Assembly: GCA_963841435.1 (NCBI GenBank) | Contig: CAWJCS010000002.1 | Coordinates: 608,001 to 672,000, forward strand | DNA length: 64,000 nt | From: an uncultured delta proteobacterium | Lineage (GTDB): Bacteria; Myxococcota_A; Polyangia; Polyangiales; Polyangiaceae | Direction of reading: 5' to 3' | Shown: in pieces, positions 40,216 to 51,721 of the stretch | Position numbering within the stretch: position 1 is the first letter of the stretch | Layout: each line of letters opens with the position of its first letter | Notes under the pieces: model-generated | What the model saw: the letters and a program-made list of their open reading frames with translations, nothing else | Databases searched by the model: none | What the model was told of the DNA's origin: nothing | Position numbers and translations under genes: made by a program

Positions 40216-42699
40216 TCACTCCGCGGCGCCGGCGGCGTGCTCGTGCGCGGGCTCGACGACGTCGAAGTCGAGCGCGCCGTCGGCGACCTCGAGTAGCGCC
40301 GCCGAACCGCGCGGCAGCTCGCCGCGCAGGAGCCGTTCGGCGAGCGGCGCCTCGACGAGGCGCGCGATGGTGCGTTTCATCGGCCGCGCGCCCAGGGACG
40401 GATCGTAGCCGCCCCGGTCTAGTAGGTGCTCGACGACGTCGGGGCCGTACTCGAGGCGCACGTGGCGCTGGTCGAAGAGCGCCTGGGCGATGCCGCCGAG
40501 CAGGCGGCGCGCAATCTCGCGAACCTCGCTCTTTCCGAGCGGCGAGAACACGAGCACCTCGTCGATGCGGTTGTAAAGCTCGGGGGCGAGTGCCTGGCGC
40601 ACCGCGGCCGTGACGCGTGCCTCGATGTCGCTCACGTCCACCTCGTCGCCGCCGGTGAAACCGACGCGACGGCGGGGGGAAGCGCCGCTCTCCTCGGCGC
40701 CGAGGTTCGAGGTCATCAGGATCACGGTGTTCGTGAAGTCCACGGTGCGACCGCGACCGTCGGTGAGCCGACCCTCGTCGAAGACGCCGAGGAACGCCGT
40801 GAGCACGTCCGGGTGCGCCTTCTCGATCTCGTCGAGCAAGATCACCTGGTAGGGCCTGCGGCGCACTGCCTCGGTGAGCTGACCGCCCGCTTCGTGCCCC
40901 ACGTATCCGGGCGGCGCGCCGATGAGCCGCGCCACGGCGTGGGCTTCGCTGAACTCGGAGAGGTCGAGGCGGGTCATGGCGCTCTCGCAGTGAAAGAGCG
41001 CTTCGGCGATGGCCTTCGCGGTTTCGGTCTTGCCGACGCCCGTCGGGCCGAGCAAGAGGAACGTGCCGATGGGGCGGCGCGAGCCGAGCCCCGCGGCATT
41101 GCGGCGCAAGATGCGCGCGATGCGACGGATGCCGGCGGCGTGGCCGACGACGCGCTCGGCGAGGATCTCCTCGAGCTTGAGCATGCGATCGCCGTCCGCC
41201 TCCAGCAGGCGCTCGACGGGCATGTCGGCGAGCTCGGCGACGACCTCGGCGACCGTCTCCGGGCCGACCGAGAGCCGCCCGCGCCGCCGCGCGCGTGCGC
41301 CCGCGAGATCGAGGATCGAGACGGCCTTGTCGGGCAACGCGCGACCCGGCAGGTAGCGCACCGACCAAGCGACCGCCATGGCGAGCGCCTCGGTCTGGTA
41401 GCCGACGGTGTGGTGTGCCTCGAGCATCGGCTTGAGCGCTTCGAGCACGAGGTAGGCATCCTCCCGACTCGGCTCGTCGACCTCCACGAGCGTGAAGCGC
41501 CGCGCGAGCGCCGCGTCGTTGCCGATCGTCTTCTGGTACTCCTCGACGGTCGTCGCGCCGATGCACGGGATCTCGCCGCGTGCGAGCGACGGCTTGAGTT
41601 CGGAGGCGATTTCCTCGGCGGCATCGCCCGAGAAGAGCTGATGGATCTCGTCGAAGAAGATCACGATGCGCCCGCGCGCCGCGATCGTCTCCTTGCGGAT
41701 GCCGCCGAGGCGCGCTGCCAGGGCGCCGCGCACGCCCGTTCCCGCGACGAGCTCTCCGATCGGGATCTGGATCACGATGCGCTCGTCGAGCGTGCCCTGG
41801 TCGCGGTTGTCGACGATGCGCTGGGCGAGTCCTCGTACGACGCTCGTTTTGCCGACGCCGGCGGCGCCCACGAGGCAGGGGTTGTTGCCCTCGCGCTTGG
41901 CGAGCACGTCGAGCGCCTGCTCGACGACGGCTTCGCGGCCGACGACGGGATCGAGCTCGCCGCGCACCGCCGCGAGCGTGAGGTTCTTCCCGAGCGCTGT
42001 CAGCACGGGGAAGCGCTGAGGGTCGAGCTGGAAGCGCTCCTCGGCGGAGGTATCGGGCCCGCTCGATGGCGGCCTCGCCGGGACGGGGGTCGCCGTGACC
42101 GCCGACGGCTCGGGCAGAACGACCGGCGGGTCCTCGGTCTCCACGGCGTCGGGCGGTGGGGGTCGCCTGGCGGACAGCTCGAACAGTGAGACGGCCGTCG
42201 CGGGTCGGCGCGGGGCGCTTGCCCGGTCGCGCGCCTTCGGTGGAACGGCGGCCGAGGGGACGACCGCGGCGCGATCGGGCAGGCGGCGACCTCCGATCAG
42301 GCCCTGCCCGAGATGCAGCGCCGCCGTCCGCAGGCGGGGCACGTCCGCGCCGGCCTGCTCGACGACCCGGCGCGCTGCCGAGCGCGGCTCCCCGAGCAGC
42401 GCGACGAGCAGGTGGTCGGCGGACGCCCGCGTCTTGCCCATGCGCGAGGCGATGGCGTGCGCCTTGGCGAGCAGCGCCCGGACGGCGTCGGCAAAGTCGT
42501 CGGGGACGTTGCGCCCGAGCCTGAGGATCTCGTCGAGCACGAGCTTGCGTTCGGCGAGCAGGAGCGCGACGGGGCTCGGCCGCGCGGCGATGGCGGCGAG
42601 CAGATGGGCGCTCGTGAGCCGGTCTTTTTGGCGGCCGGCGAGGTCCTCGGCAAGCTGTCTTAGGGCGTGCAGCTCGGGCTCGATACGGGCAGACGTCAT
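40216..42699 (-). CDS. Class I Clp/Hsp100 ATPase (ClpA/ClpC-like)
   Basis: Clp-N repeats (HLL..), LDPVVGR, GAAGVGKT, FFDEIH, GPTGVGKTE, GAPPGYVG, LLDEIEKAH, VGF ClpP-docking loop. Confidence 0.93.
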   Translation of the reverse strand: MTSARIEPELHALRQLAEDLAGRQKDRLTSAHLLAAIAARPSPVALLLAERKLVLDEILRLGRNVPDDFADAVRALLAKAHAIASRMGKTRASADHLLVALLGEPRSAARRVVEQAGADVPRLRTAALHLGQGLIGGRRLPDRAAVVPSAAVPPKARDRASAPRRPATAVSLFELSARRPPPPDAVETEDPPVVLPEPSAVTATPVPARPPSSGPDTSAEERFQLDPQRFPVLTALGKNLTLAAVRGELDPVVGREAVVEQALDVLAKREGNNPCLVGAAGVGKTSVVRGLAQRIVDNRDQGTLDERIVIQIPIGELVAGTGVRGALAARLGGIRKETIAARGRIVIFFDEIHQLFSGDAAEEIASELKPSLARGEIPCIGATTVEEYQKTIGNDAALARRFTLVEVDEPSREDAYLVLEALKPMLEAHHTVGYQTEALAMAVAWSVRYLPGRALPDKAVSILDLAGARARRRGRLSVGPETVAEVVAELADMPVERLLEADGDRMLKLEEILAERVVGHAAGIRRIARILRRNAAGLGSRRPIGTFLLLGPTGVGKTETAKAIAEALFHCESAMTRLDLSEFSEAHAVARLIGAPPGYVGHEAGGQLTEAVRRRPYQVILLDEIEKAHPDVLTAFLGVFDEGRLTDGRGRTVDFTNTVILMTSNLGAEESGASPRRRVGFTGGDEVDVSDIEARVTAAVRQALAPELYNRIDEVLVFSPLGKSEVREIARRLLGGIAQALFDQRHVRLEYGPDVVEHLLDRGGYDPSLGARPMKRTIARLVEAPLAERLLRGELPRGSAALLEVADGALDFDVVEPAHEHAAGAAE

Positions 42700-42786
42700 C
42701 AGGACAGAGCTTCTGCCCGGCGGCGCTCGAACGGCCAAGTTCTGGCCCCGTCCGGCGCGGGGGCCGGCGCGGGGCCACGAGGGCCG

Positions 42787-43905
42787 CTACCGCTCGAGCA
42801 GAACCTCGCCCGCCGGCAGCCCGAGCACCTCGAGCGCCCCGCTGCCCCCGACCGCCACGAACGGCACGTCGTCGCCGAGCACGACGTGCCGGTCCCGGAC
42901 GGCGCGCGCGGCCCAGCCCTCCCCTTCGGGTGGCGGACCCGGCGCGAGCTCGCGCTCGAGGACGAGCTCGGCGGCGTTCGAGAGCACCTCCAGCCGGAAG
43001 CGCCGCGGGCGGCCCGGTCCCTCGTCGACCACCACCACGGCGAGGTAGTCGCTGCTCGCCGCCGCGTCGAACGGCGGGGCCCCGAGCGAGCGGTGCTCGA
43101 GGGTGCGTAGGCGCTCGCCGATCTGAAAGAGCTCGACCGTTCCGTCCGCGCCGACGGCCCACGCCTGATCGACGCGGCGCCCGGGCAAGAGCCGCCAGGG
43201 TCGGAGCGTGGTCGAGAGCGAATGCGTGTGGCCGCCGGGCAGGGCTCTTCTGAGGCCGTGCTCGGCGCGGTAGAGCAGGGTGCCGTCGCGGAGCACCGTG
43301 ATGGGACCGCCGTCGTAGTCGGCGAGCGCGAGCGTGTCAGGGTGCTCGGTGCCGGGCTTCGTCGTGACGGGCTCCACGAGCAGCGAGGCCTGGCGGCGCT
43401 GCACCCCGAAGACGACGCTCGAGTCGCGGCGTTCCGGCAGGAGCAACATGCCCGGCAACCAGAGCAGGGGTGGCAGGTTGACCGGTGCGGTGGCGCCGGG
43501 GTCGATGCGGACGCTCGCCGTCGCCCCGACGACGACCACCGAGCCTCCCGCGATCGTCACCGCGGCGCGTGGTCCCGAAAGCTCGCTCTCGAACGCGAGC
43601 TTCGGCCCCGGCCAGCCATACGCCTCGACACGCTCCTCGCCGAGCCTCACGAGCAGGCGCCGTCCTGCGGCGAGTGGCTGGAGCTCCCATTGTGGCGCCG
43701 CCACGGAAAGCCCCTGTCGTACCGACGCCAGCGCCGAGGCGACGGCTCGCGCCGCGGCCGCCTCGGGGGCCTCGGAGCTCGGCTGTGGGGTCACGCGCCG
43801 GGGCGCACTTTCGCGCTCCTCGCAGCCGCCCGAAAGGCACGCGGCGGCGAGGGCCGCCAAAAGCCAGGCCCGGGCGATCTCCGGCGTGCGGGGGCCACGC
43901 GTCAC
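42787..43905 (-). CDS. Hypothetical lipoprotein (beta-rich)
   Basis: AWLLAALAAACLSGGC signal; open frame with coding bias; start inferred. Confidence 0.55.
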   Translation of the reverse strand: MTRGPRTPEIARAWLLAALAAACLSGGCEERESAPRRVTPQPSSEAPEAAAARAVASALASVRQGLSVAAPQWELQPLAAGRRLLVRLGEERVEAYGWPGPKLAFESELSGPRAAVTIAGGSVVVVGATASVRIDPGATAPVNLPPLLWLPGMLLLPERRDSSVVFGVQRRQASLLVEPVTTKPGTEHPDTLALADYDGGPITVLRDGTLLYRAEHGLRRALPGGHTHSLSTTLRPWRLLPGRRVDQAWAVGADGTVELFQIGERLRTLEHRSLGAPPFDAAASSDYLAVVVVDEGPGRPRRFRLEVLSNAAELVLERELAPGPPPEGEGWAARAVRDRHVVLGDDVPFVAVGGSGALEVLGLPAGEVLLER

Positions 43906-43992
43906 GGTCGAGCCATGCAGGGTCGGAGCGCGCGTTGTCAAGCAGCCCGCGTGGTGCCGCCACGTGGGGCTCCTGCTATAGCGTCGGCTCTC

Positions 43993-44463
43993 GTGAAAGC
44001 TCGATGGCTCGCGGGCGCTGCGGCCGCCCTGGTTCTGCTCCTCGCCTGCGAGCGGCTCTCGACCGTCAAGCGCTGCCGGGCGCTTGCGAAGGAAGTGAAC
44101 CACGCGCTCGACGATATCGAGGCACAGAGCGAGCCGCGAACGCCCGCGGCGTACGCCGGCGCATCGCGCGGCTACGCGGCGCTTGCCCGCTCGCTGCCGA
44201 ACGACGAGCGCGACGCCGGCACCGACGCCGGCGCCGACGCCGCTGTCGTGGCCCCGCCGCCCGACGCCGGCGAGCTCGAGCGAGCGGTATCGGACTACCG
44301 CGCGACGCTCGAGGCCGCGTCGCGGGCGACGGCAGAGCTCGCCGAAGCGCTCGACGCGGGCAATCAGGCGAGCGCCGCCGTGATGCGGCGGGACCTCGAG
44401 GCGCTGTCGCAGAAGGCGAAGCTCAACGTGAAGCGCATCGACGCCACCTGCCGTCCGGACTGA
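43993..44463 (+). CDS. Hypothetical helical lipoprotein
   Basis: GTG 43993 gives MKARWLAGAAAALVLLLAC; helical-bundle pattern with terminal Cys. Confidence 0.6.
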   Translation: MKARWLAGAAAALVLLLACERLSTVKRCRALAKEVNHALDDIEAQSEPRTPAAYAGASRGYAALARSLPNDERDAGTDAGADAAVVAPPPDAGELERAVSDYRATLEAASRATAELAEALDAGNQASAAVMRRDLEALSQKAKLNVKRIDATCRPD

Positions 44464-44518
44464 CCGCCGGGCGGCGGGCGGGCGCGCGCGCGCACGGGCC
44501 CGTCGCCTTTGCGGGCGT

Positions 44519-45768
44519 TCAGCGCTGTTTCGCGGGCGGCTTCTTCGCTCCCGCGTCGGCGTTCTTCTTTTCGTTCGCGGCGCGCTCCTCGATGCGAATC
44601 TGCGCGAGGCGCTCCGTGGCCGCCACGACGCGGCGCTCGCGCGCGCCGACCGTGACGCGTCCCCACACGTAGCTGATGCGACGGCGGAACGCGCCGGGAT
44701 CGTCGCCGCCCAGCAGCCAGATGTCGCGCGGATCGTTTTCGGCGTGGAGCAGCGGCGTCCAGGTGCCGCCGTTCGCCCACGCGAGGGTGCTCGGCTTGCC
44801 GAGCAGAACGCGGGCCACGAGCACGCCGCACGACGCGCGGCGTCCGCTCCCGGCGCACACGCTGAGCAGCGTGAGCTCGTCGTTGCCCGCGGGCCACCAG
44901 GTCCACGATCGCTCGGGCTCGAGTCTGCCGTGACGCAGAAGCTCGCTCCTGGCGTCGTCGGGGAGCGCGCCGAGAAGGAGCGGGACGAGCTTCGTGTCGA
45001 GCCGGTCTCTCGCTTCGAGCTTTCTCGGGTGACGGATTGCGAGCTCGACCTCGGGCACGTTGTCGGGGCCCTCGCAGCAACGAAAGCCGATCGACGCCGA
45101 GCGCAGGTCCGGCGGCCGTCCGATGGTGTTGGCGCAACGCCCGACGAGCTCGCCCGCGGGCGCGTTGCCGCCGCGCACGCTCGTGAGGCCTCGCGCCGTG
45201 CCGCGACCGAACGGGCTCTGCGTCCATTCCCACACGCCGCCGTGCAGGTCGCGCACGCCGAAGTCGCTGCGGCAGCCGACGTGAATGCCGCTCGGGCGCA
45301 TCAAGGGCTGCGTCCCCGTGCTGCAGGGCTCGGGCCGGTAGTGGTCGCCGTACTCGTAGAGGTGATTGTCGGGCCCCTTGCAGGCGCGCTCCCATTCGAG
45401 CTCACTGCACAGGCGCTTGCTGCGCTCGGCGCAGAGCTTCGTGGCCTCGTCCTTCGAGACGCTCGTGAGCGGAATGGCGCCTTCCTCGTTCGGGTAGGGG
45501 AAGACGTCGATGTAGAACGATCGCACGATGAGTTGCTCGCCTGGGACCTCCTCGTCGGCGAGTCGCGGGTAAGCGTCTTTCGGCGTGCCGACGACGAGCG
45601 CACCCGTCGGGATGAACACCATGCCCTGACGCGGCGTCGGCAAAGCCTGGGGTGGCGCGATGCTGCTCGGCCTTTTCGACCCGCTCGGGGCCGCCGCCGC
45701 AGGCTCATTTTTCGGCTTGCTGCACGCCGCGAGCGCAAGCCCGATGGCGAGGGCGAAGGACGGCGCGC

Positions 45769-45772
<4 letters not shown>
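44519..45772 (-). CDS. FGE-sulfatase (SUMF1-like) domain lipoprotein
   Basis: LAAC lipobox; MVFIP.G, KRLCSELEWERAC, FGVRDLHGGVWEWT, RGG, IGFRCC. Confidence 0.85.
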
Positions 45773-47199
<1,427 letters not shown>

Positions 47200-47628
47200 C
47201 GCGCTACTTTCTACGTGCGCCGCGCGCCGGCACGGACGCCGACGACGAGCAGAAAAAGTGGCCGGCGGCTCCGCTCGGGGGCAGGCCTGCCACGACCGCG
47301 GCGCGGTCGCCAATCCGAGCGGCGCTTGCGGCGAAAAGGTGCCGGCTTCGCCCACTCGAGGGCCCGCGCGGCGCGCTTCCCCAGGGCCTTGGAACCCGAG
47401 GCGAAAGGAGGCCAGGCGGACGCGTGGGTCGAATCGGTACTTCGCTAAGCGCGCGCCGGTTGGGGTGGCAAGAGGTGCCGGCAGACCAGCCGGCGCACGA
47501 GAAAGCACGCCACCTGGGACACGGCCGCGGCGGGCGTTGCGACCGTTTCGCGTGGAGTTCTCGGCGCCATCCGTGCTATTCGGTGAAAAGCGCGGGTCGT
47601 CTTTCCGCGCGCTCAGGTAAGTTCTGCG

Positions 47629-48471
47629 ATGCGCTTGGTCCTTGGTTGCATGGCGGCTCTGTCGCTCGTCGCGCGCTCGGGGTTGGCTTGGGCGGAGCAG
47701 CCCACCCACGCCTACGAGCCGTGCACGCACGAGGCGAGCGACGCCGACCTCACGGCAGCAAAAGCTGCGTTCCAGGCTGGCAACGTTTCCTTCAACGAGG
47801 CCGACTATCCCCGCGCCATCCTGTACTGGGAGGACGCGTTCCGGCGCGATTGCAGCGCGCACCCGCTGCTCTTGAACCTGGCGCGCGCCTACGAGCTCGA
47901 CGGGCAGAAGGCCCAGGCCGTCATCGCGCTGCAGACGTTCGTGGATCGCGAGCCCAACAGCACCGAGCATGCGCAGATCGCTCGCCGCATCGAGGTTCTG
48001 AACAAGCAGCTCCAGGAGGAAGAGGCCGCCACCAAGGCGCTGCCGCCGCCCCCTCCTGCGGCCGCGCCCGCGCCCACGCCCGCGCCCGCGCCGCCACCTG
48101 CAGAGCCCAGCAAATCGCCCCCCATCCTGCCGCTCGTCGTCGCCGGCGTCGGTGGTGCGATCTTCATCGCCGGCGGCGTCGTCTGGCTCGGCGCCTCCTC
48201 CGACGTTCGAAAGTACGAGAAGATTTGCCCGAAGGATCCGACTGACGGCGAGTTCAAGTGCCCGGCGGGCAGCGAGGACGCCATCGGTCCTGCGAACGAC
48301 GCCGCCAAGCGTCAGACCACCTCGGGCGTCGTGACGCTCATCGGCTTGCCGCTGCTCGCGGGCGGGCTCATCTGGTATTTCGCGTCCAACCCCTCGAAGC
48401 ACCCGGCCGCGCTCGTGACGCCCGCGCTGGGCCCGAATTTCGCGGGGGTCGCGGTCGACGGGCGTTTCTGA
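47629..48471 (+). CDS. TPR-like exported membrane protein with C-terminal beta-hairpin
   Basis: Signal peptide; TPR (AFQAG...YWEDAF...LLLNLARAYE); Pro linker; two hydrophobic helices; ends in DGRF. Confidence 0.8.
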   Translation: MRLVLGCMAALSLVARSGLAWAEQPTHAYEPCTHEASDADLTAAKAAFQAGNVSFNEADYPRAILYWEDAFRRDCSAHPLLLNLARAYELDGQKAQAVIALQTFVDREPNSTEHAQIARRIEVLNKQLQEEEAATKALPPPPPAAAPAPTPAPAPPPAEPSKSPPILPLVVAGVGGAIFIAGGVVWLGASSDVRKYEKICPKDPTDGEFKCPAGSEDAIGPANDAAKRQTTSGVVTLIGLPLLAGGLIWYFASNPSKHPAALVTPALGPNFAGVAVDGRF

Positions 48472-48474
48472 CCC

Positions 48475-48726
48475 TCAGCGTCCGCCGTCCGAGCTCGGGG
48501 TGCTCGAGCCCGGGGGTGTCTTGCCGTCGTCGGGATGGGCGTCGCCGTCTGCGGGTGCCACGCCGCCGAGCTCGCCGGGCAGCGTGGTCGCGCTGCGGTC
48601 GTAGTGGACGTTGTCGGGGGTGGGCTCCAGCGGCGGCGGCGTTTCGCTGGACAATCCACCGCAGCTCGCGAGGGGTGCGAAGAGCACGGCGCCGACAATG
48701 GCTCCCGCTAGGACTCGCGCGTGCAT
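48475..48726 (-). CDS. Small hypothetical lipoprotein
   Basis: MHARVLAGAIVGAVLFAPLASC lipobox followed by a Pro/Asp-rich tail. Confidence 0.5.
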   Translation of the reverse strand: MHARVLAGAIVGAVLFAPLASCGGLSSETPPPLEPTPDNVHYDRSATTLPGELGGVAPADGDAHPDDGKTPPGSSTPSSDGGR

Positions 48727-48775
48727 GCTCGGCTCCCGATAGCACGGCTCCCGCAAGCTGGTAACCTCGCCGCGC

Positions 48776-49372
48776 ATGATCGGCTGGCTGCGCGGGCGCG
48801 TCCTCTCCGACGAGGTCGGGGGACAGGTCGTGATCAACGTCGGCGGCGTCGGGTACGAGCTCAGCGTGCCGCTCGGCTCGCTCGGGCGTGCGCGCGGCAC
48901 CGATGGCGACGTGGAGCTCTTCGTCCACACGCACGTGCGCGAAGACGCGCTCGAGCTCTTCGGCTTCGCGAGCGAGGCCGACCGGCGCGTCTTCCGCCAG
49001 CTGCTCGACGTTCCGAACATCGGCCCGCGGACCGCCCTCGGCGTGCTCAGCGTGCTGCCCACGAGCGACCTCGCGCGTGCCGTGAGCGAGGGCGACCATG
49101 TGGGCCTGGCACGCGTGCCGGGGATCGGCAAGAAGACGGCCGAGCGGATGGTGCTCGAGCTCAAGGGAAAGCTTTTGGTCAACGGTGAGCCCGCGAAAGC
49201 GGTGGGCCCGTCGGCCAGGTCCAGCGACGCGCGCGCCCGGCTCATGAGCGCGCTGACGAAGATGGGTTACCGAGCGTCCGAAGCCGAACGGGCGGTCGCA
49301 AGCCTGTCGGCCGACATCGAGCAAACGCCGCTGAGCGAGCTCCTGAAACAGGCGTTGGCTCGGCTGGGCTGA
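48776..49372 (+). CDS. ruvA: Holliday junction DNA helicase subunit RuvA
   Basis: MIGWLRG, VGGVGYE, THVREDA.ELFGF, IGPRTAL, VPGIGKKTAERMVLELK. Confidence 0.96.
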   Translation: MIGWLRGRVLSDEVGGQVVINVGGVGYELSVPLGSLGRARGTDGDVELFVHTHVREDALELFGFASEADRRVFRQLLDVPNIGPRTALGVLSVLPTSDLARAVSEGDHVGLARVPGIGKKTAERMVLELKGKLLVNGEPAKAVGPSARSSDARARLMSALTKMGYRASEAERAVASLSADIEQTPLSELLKQALARLG

Positions 49373-49491
49373 TGCCGCGCCCGCGGAAGGACCCTTGACC
49401 CCCCAAAGCTGGCATGGGTAGATTCGACTGATCCGCGGTGGGCCCGGTAGCGGGCCATGTTGAAGGCGGGGTCCCGTTCCGGAGGCCGATT

Positions 49492-50523
49492 TTGATTACC
49501 TGTCCGAAGTGCGGCAAGGAGAACCAGGACCACTACAAGTTCTGTCTCGGTTGCGGTGCGGAGCTGCCGAGAGCTGGCGCTGCGAAGCCGTTCAGCGCGC
49601 AGACGCCACCGCAAGGTGTGCCCCAAGTTTCGGCACCGCGCGCCGGTGCGCCCGCTCAGGCGGCGGCACCAGCGGCAACGCCTTCGGGCGCTCCGCGCGC
49701 CGTTCCGTCCGGGGCACCTGCCGCGTCCGCGGGGCAAGCCGCGAGCGTCGCGTGCCCGCAGTGCGGACATGGCAACGTGCCCGGCAATCGCTTCTGCGCC
49801 TCGTGCGGCTACAATCTCTCGGCACTCTCCGGAACGCAGGCGATGCCGCCGGGTGCGGCCGCCGCGGCTCCCACGGCGAGCGGCGGAAAATCCGTGATGC
49901 TGACGGCGCTGCGCGCCGACGGCACCGAGGCCGGACAGTTTCGTCTTCCTGACGGACCGCAGGTCTCGGTCGGTCGCGACACGGGGTCGATCTTCGCGGG
50001 CGATAGCTACCTCTCACCCCGTCACGCGACGTTTTCCCGGCGCGGCCCGCAGCTCTTCATCAAGGACGAAGGCTCGCTCAACGGCGTTTACCTGAAGCTC
50101 AAGCCGAACGATCCGTGCCTGCTAGAATTCGGTGACGTCTTCCGCATCGGGCAGGAAATCATCCGTTTCGAGGAGCTCAAGGGCCCGGGCCCCTCGCCCG
50201 ACGGCGTCGAGCGGCTCGGCAGCCCGGCCAAGGGCTACATCGGTCGGCTCGCGCTCGTGATCGGCCGCGACACGACCGGCAACGCGTTTCCCATTCCGGA
50301 GCGCGGCGTGCACTGTGGTCGCGAGCGCGGCGACATCCTCTTCTCGGAGGACGGCTACGTCTCGGGGCTTCACTGCCGCGTGGCGCGCGGCACCGACGGC
50401 AAGGTGTACGTCACCGACGTCGGTAGCTCGAACGGCAGCTTCGTGCGGATAGGCGGCGAGCGACCGCTCGAGGGCGGCGACATCTTGTTGATGGGGCAGC
50501 AGCTCTTTCGCGTCGATCTCTGA
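49492..50523 (+). CDS. Double zinc-ribbon + tandem FHA domain protein
   Basis: CPKC..FC..CG and CPQC..FCASCG; two FHA domains (GRD..S.RHA..SLNG and GRE..S..HC..SSNGS); GGAGG RBS before TTG 49492. Confidence 0.88.
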   Translation: MITCPKCGKENQDHYKFCLGCGAELPRAGAAKPFSAQTPPQGVPQVSAPRAGAPAQAAAPAATPSGAPRAVPSGAPAASAGQAASVACPQCGHGNVPGNRFCASCGYNLSALSGTQAMPPGAAAAAPTASGGKSVMLTALRADGTEAGQFRLPDGPQVSVGRDTGSIFAGDSYLSPRHATFSRRGPQLFIKDEGSLNGVYLKLKPNDPCLLEFGDVFRIGQEIIRFEELKGPGPSPDGVERLGSPAKGYIGRLALVIGRDTTGNAFPIPERGVHCGRERGDILFSEDGYVSGLHCRVARGTDGKVYVTDVGSSNGSFVRIGGERPLEGGDILLMGQQLFRVDL

Positions 50524-50558
50524 CGGTTCGCTCACGGGGCGAGCTCGACCGCACGTCC

Positions 50559-50954
50559 ATGGGCATTCCGACCACCATTCGCGTCGTCGCTGCCGTCATC
50601 GCGCGCGAGGGCGCGTACCTCATCACCCAGCGCCGGGCGAGCGCCGTTTTGCCGCTGCTCTGGGAGTTTCCCGGTGGCCGCGTGGAGCCCGGCGAGACCG
50701 ACGCTCAGGCCCTGCGCCGCGAGCTCAAACACCGGCTCAACGTCGAGATCGACCCGGGAAAGCTCATCAGTTTCGTGACCCATCCGTACGAAAAATACGC
50801 CGTCGATCTCTACCTCTACGAGTGCGCGCTCTCGCGCGGCGAGCCGCGCCCCGCGAACGTCGCCGATTTTCGCTGGGTCCTAAGCAGCGACTTCGACCGC
50901 TATCCGTTCACGCCCGCCGACGAGCGCTCGATGACCAAGCTGCTCGGGCTCTGA
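50559..50954 (+). CDS. Nudix hydrolase (MutT/NudG-like)
   Basis: VVAAVI, WEFPGGRVEPGETDAQALRREL Nudix box, PAD. Confidence 0.9.
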   Translation: MGIPTTIRVVAAVIAREGAYLITQRRASAVLPLLWEFPGGRVEPGETDAQALRRELKHRLNVEIDPGKLISFVTHPYEKYAVDLYLYECALSRGEPRPANVADFRWVLSSDFDRYPFTPADERSMTKLLGL

Positions 50955-51018
50955 GGCTCGTTGCGTCACGCCGCCCCGGGCTCGCGCAACCGCGGCCAGG
51001 CATGGACGATGGGAGGGC

Positions 51019-51675
51019 ATGCTCGCTCGCCTGGCGCGCGCGCTCGAAGCGTTGCCCGCGGCGCTCGAAGCGACCCTCTTGCCGCGCGACTGCTCCGCCT
51101 GCGGCGCGGCGCTCGGCCGTCGGCACACGTTCTGCGCGACGTGTGATCGGGTGCTCGACGACGCGAGCGGTTGGATTCACGGGGTGCCGCTCGTCTGCGC
51201 CGGCCCGTACGCGCCGCCGCTCTCGACGGCCATCGGCCGCCTGAAGTTCCAGCGCCGAGCGGACCTCGCGGCCGAGCTGGCGCGCTTGCTCGTCGTACGT
51301 TCACGCACGCTCGAGCTCGTGCGCGACGACGCGTGGGTGCCGGTGCCGCTCCATCGCGGCAGGCTCGTGGAACGCGGCTTCAACCAGGCGGCGCTCGTCG
51401 CCCGCAGTCTCGCACGAGCGACGGGGTCGAGCTTTGCGCCGCGGGTGCTCGAGCGTCGTCGCGCGACCGAGCAACAGGCGCTGCTCGGTCGCGCTGCGCG
51501 GGCGGACAACGTTCGTGGCGCGTTCGTCGTGCGGCGTCCTTGGACCGCCGGTCGCGTCGTCCTGGTCGACAACGTCGTCACGACGGGCGCGACGCTCGGC
51601 GCCTGCATCGAGGCCCTGCGCGGCGCTGAATGCGAGGTGCACGCCGTGGTCGCTTTGGCGCGGGCGGCGGGGTAG
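51019..51675 (+). CDS. comF: ComF family protein (Zn ribbon + PRTase-like)
   Basis: CSAC..CATC, VPVPLH..RL.ERGFNQA, VLVDNVVTTGATL. Confidence 0.88.
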   Translation: MLARLARALEALPAALEATLLPRDCSACGAALGRRHTFCATCDRVLDDASGWIHGVPLVCAGPYAPPLSTAIGRLKFQRRADLAAELARLLVVRSRTLELVRDDAWVPVPLHRGRLVERGFNQAALVARSLARATGSSFAPRVLERRRATEQQALLGRAARADNVRGAFVVRRPWTAGRVVLVDNVVTTGATLGACIEALRGAECEVHAVVALARAAG

Positions 51676-51721
51676 ACTCGCATTCACGCCGCGCGGCCGC
51701 TTCGGCCCGCCCCCTGGAGCG

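Noticed and set aside
40151-43162. 1003-aa Arg-rich minus-strand ORF and similar long alternate-frame ORFs (e.g. 28852..31344, 14303..16096, 37719..39728)
   Set aside because: They overlap well-supported genes, have R/A/G/P-dominated composition and no motifs. Stop codons are rare at this GC content.
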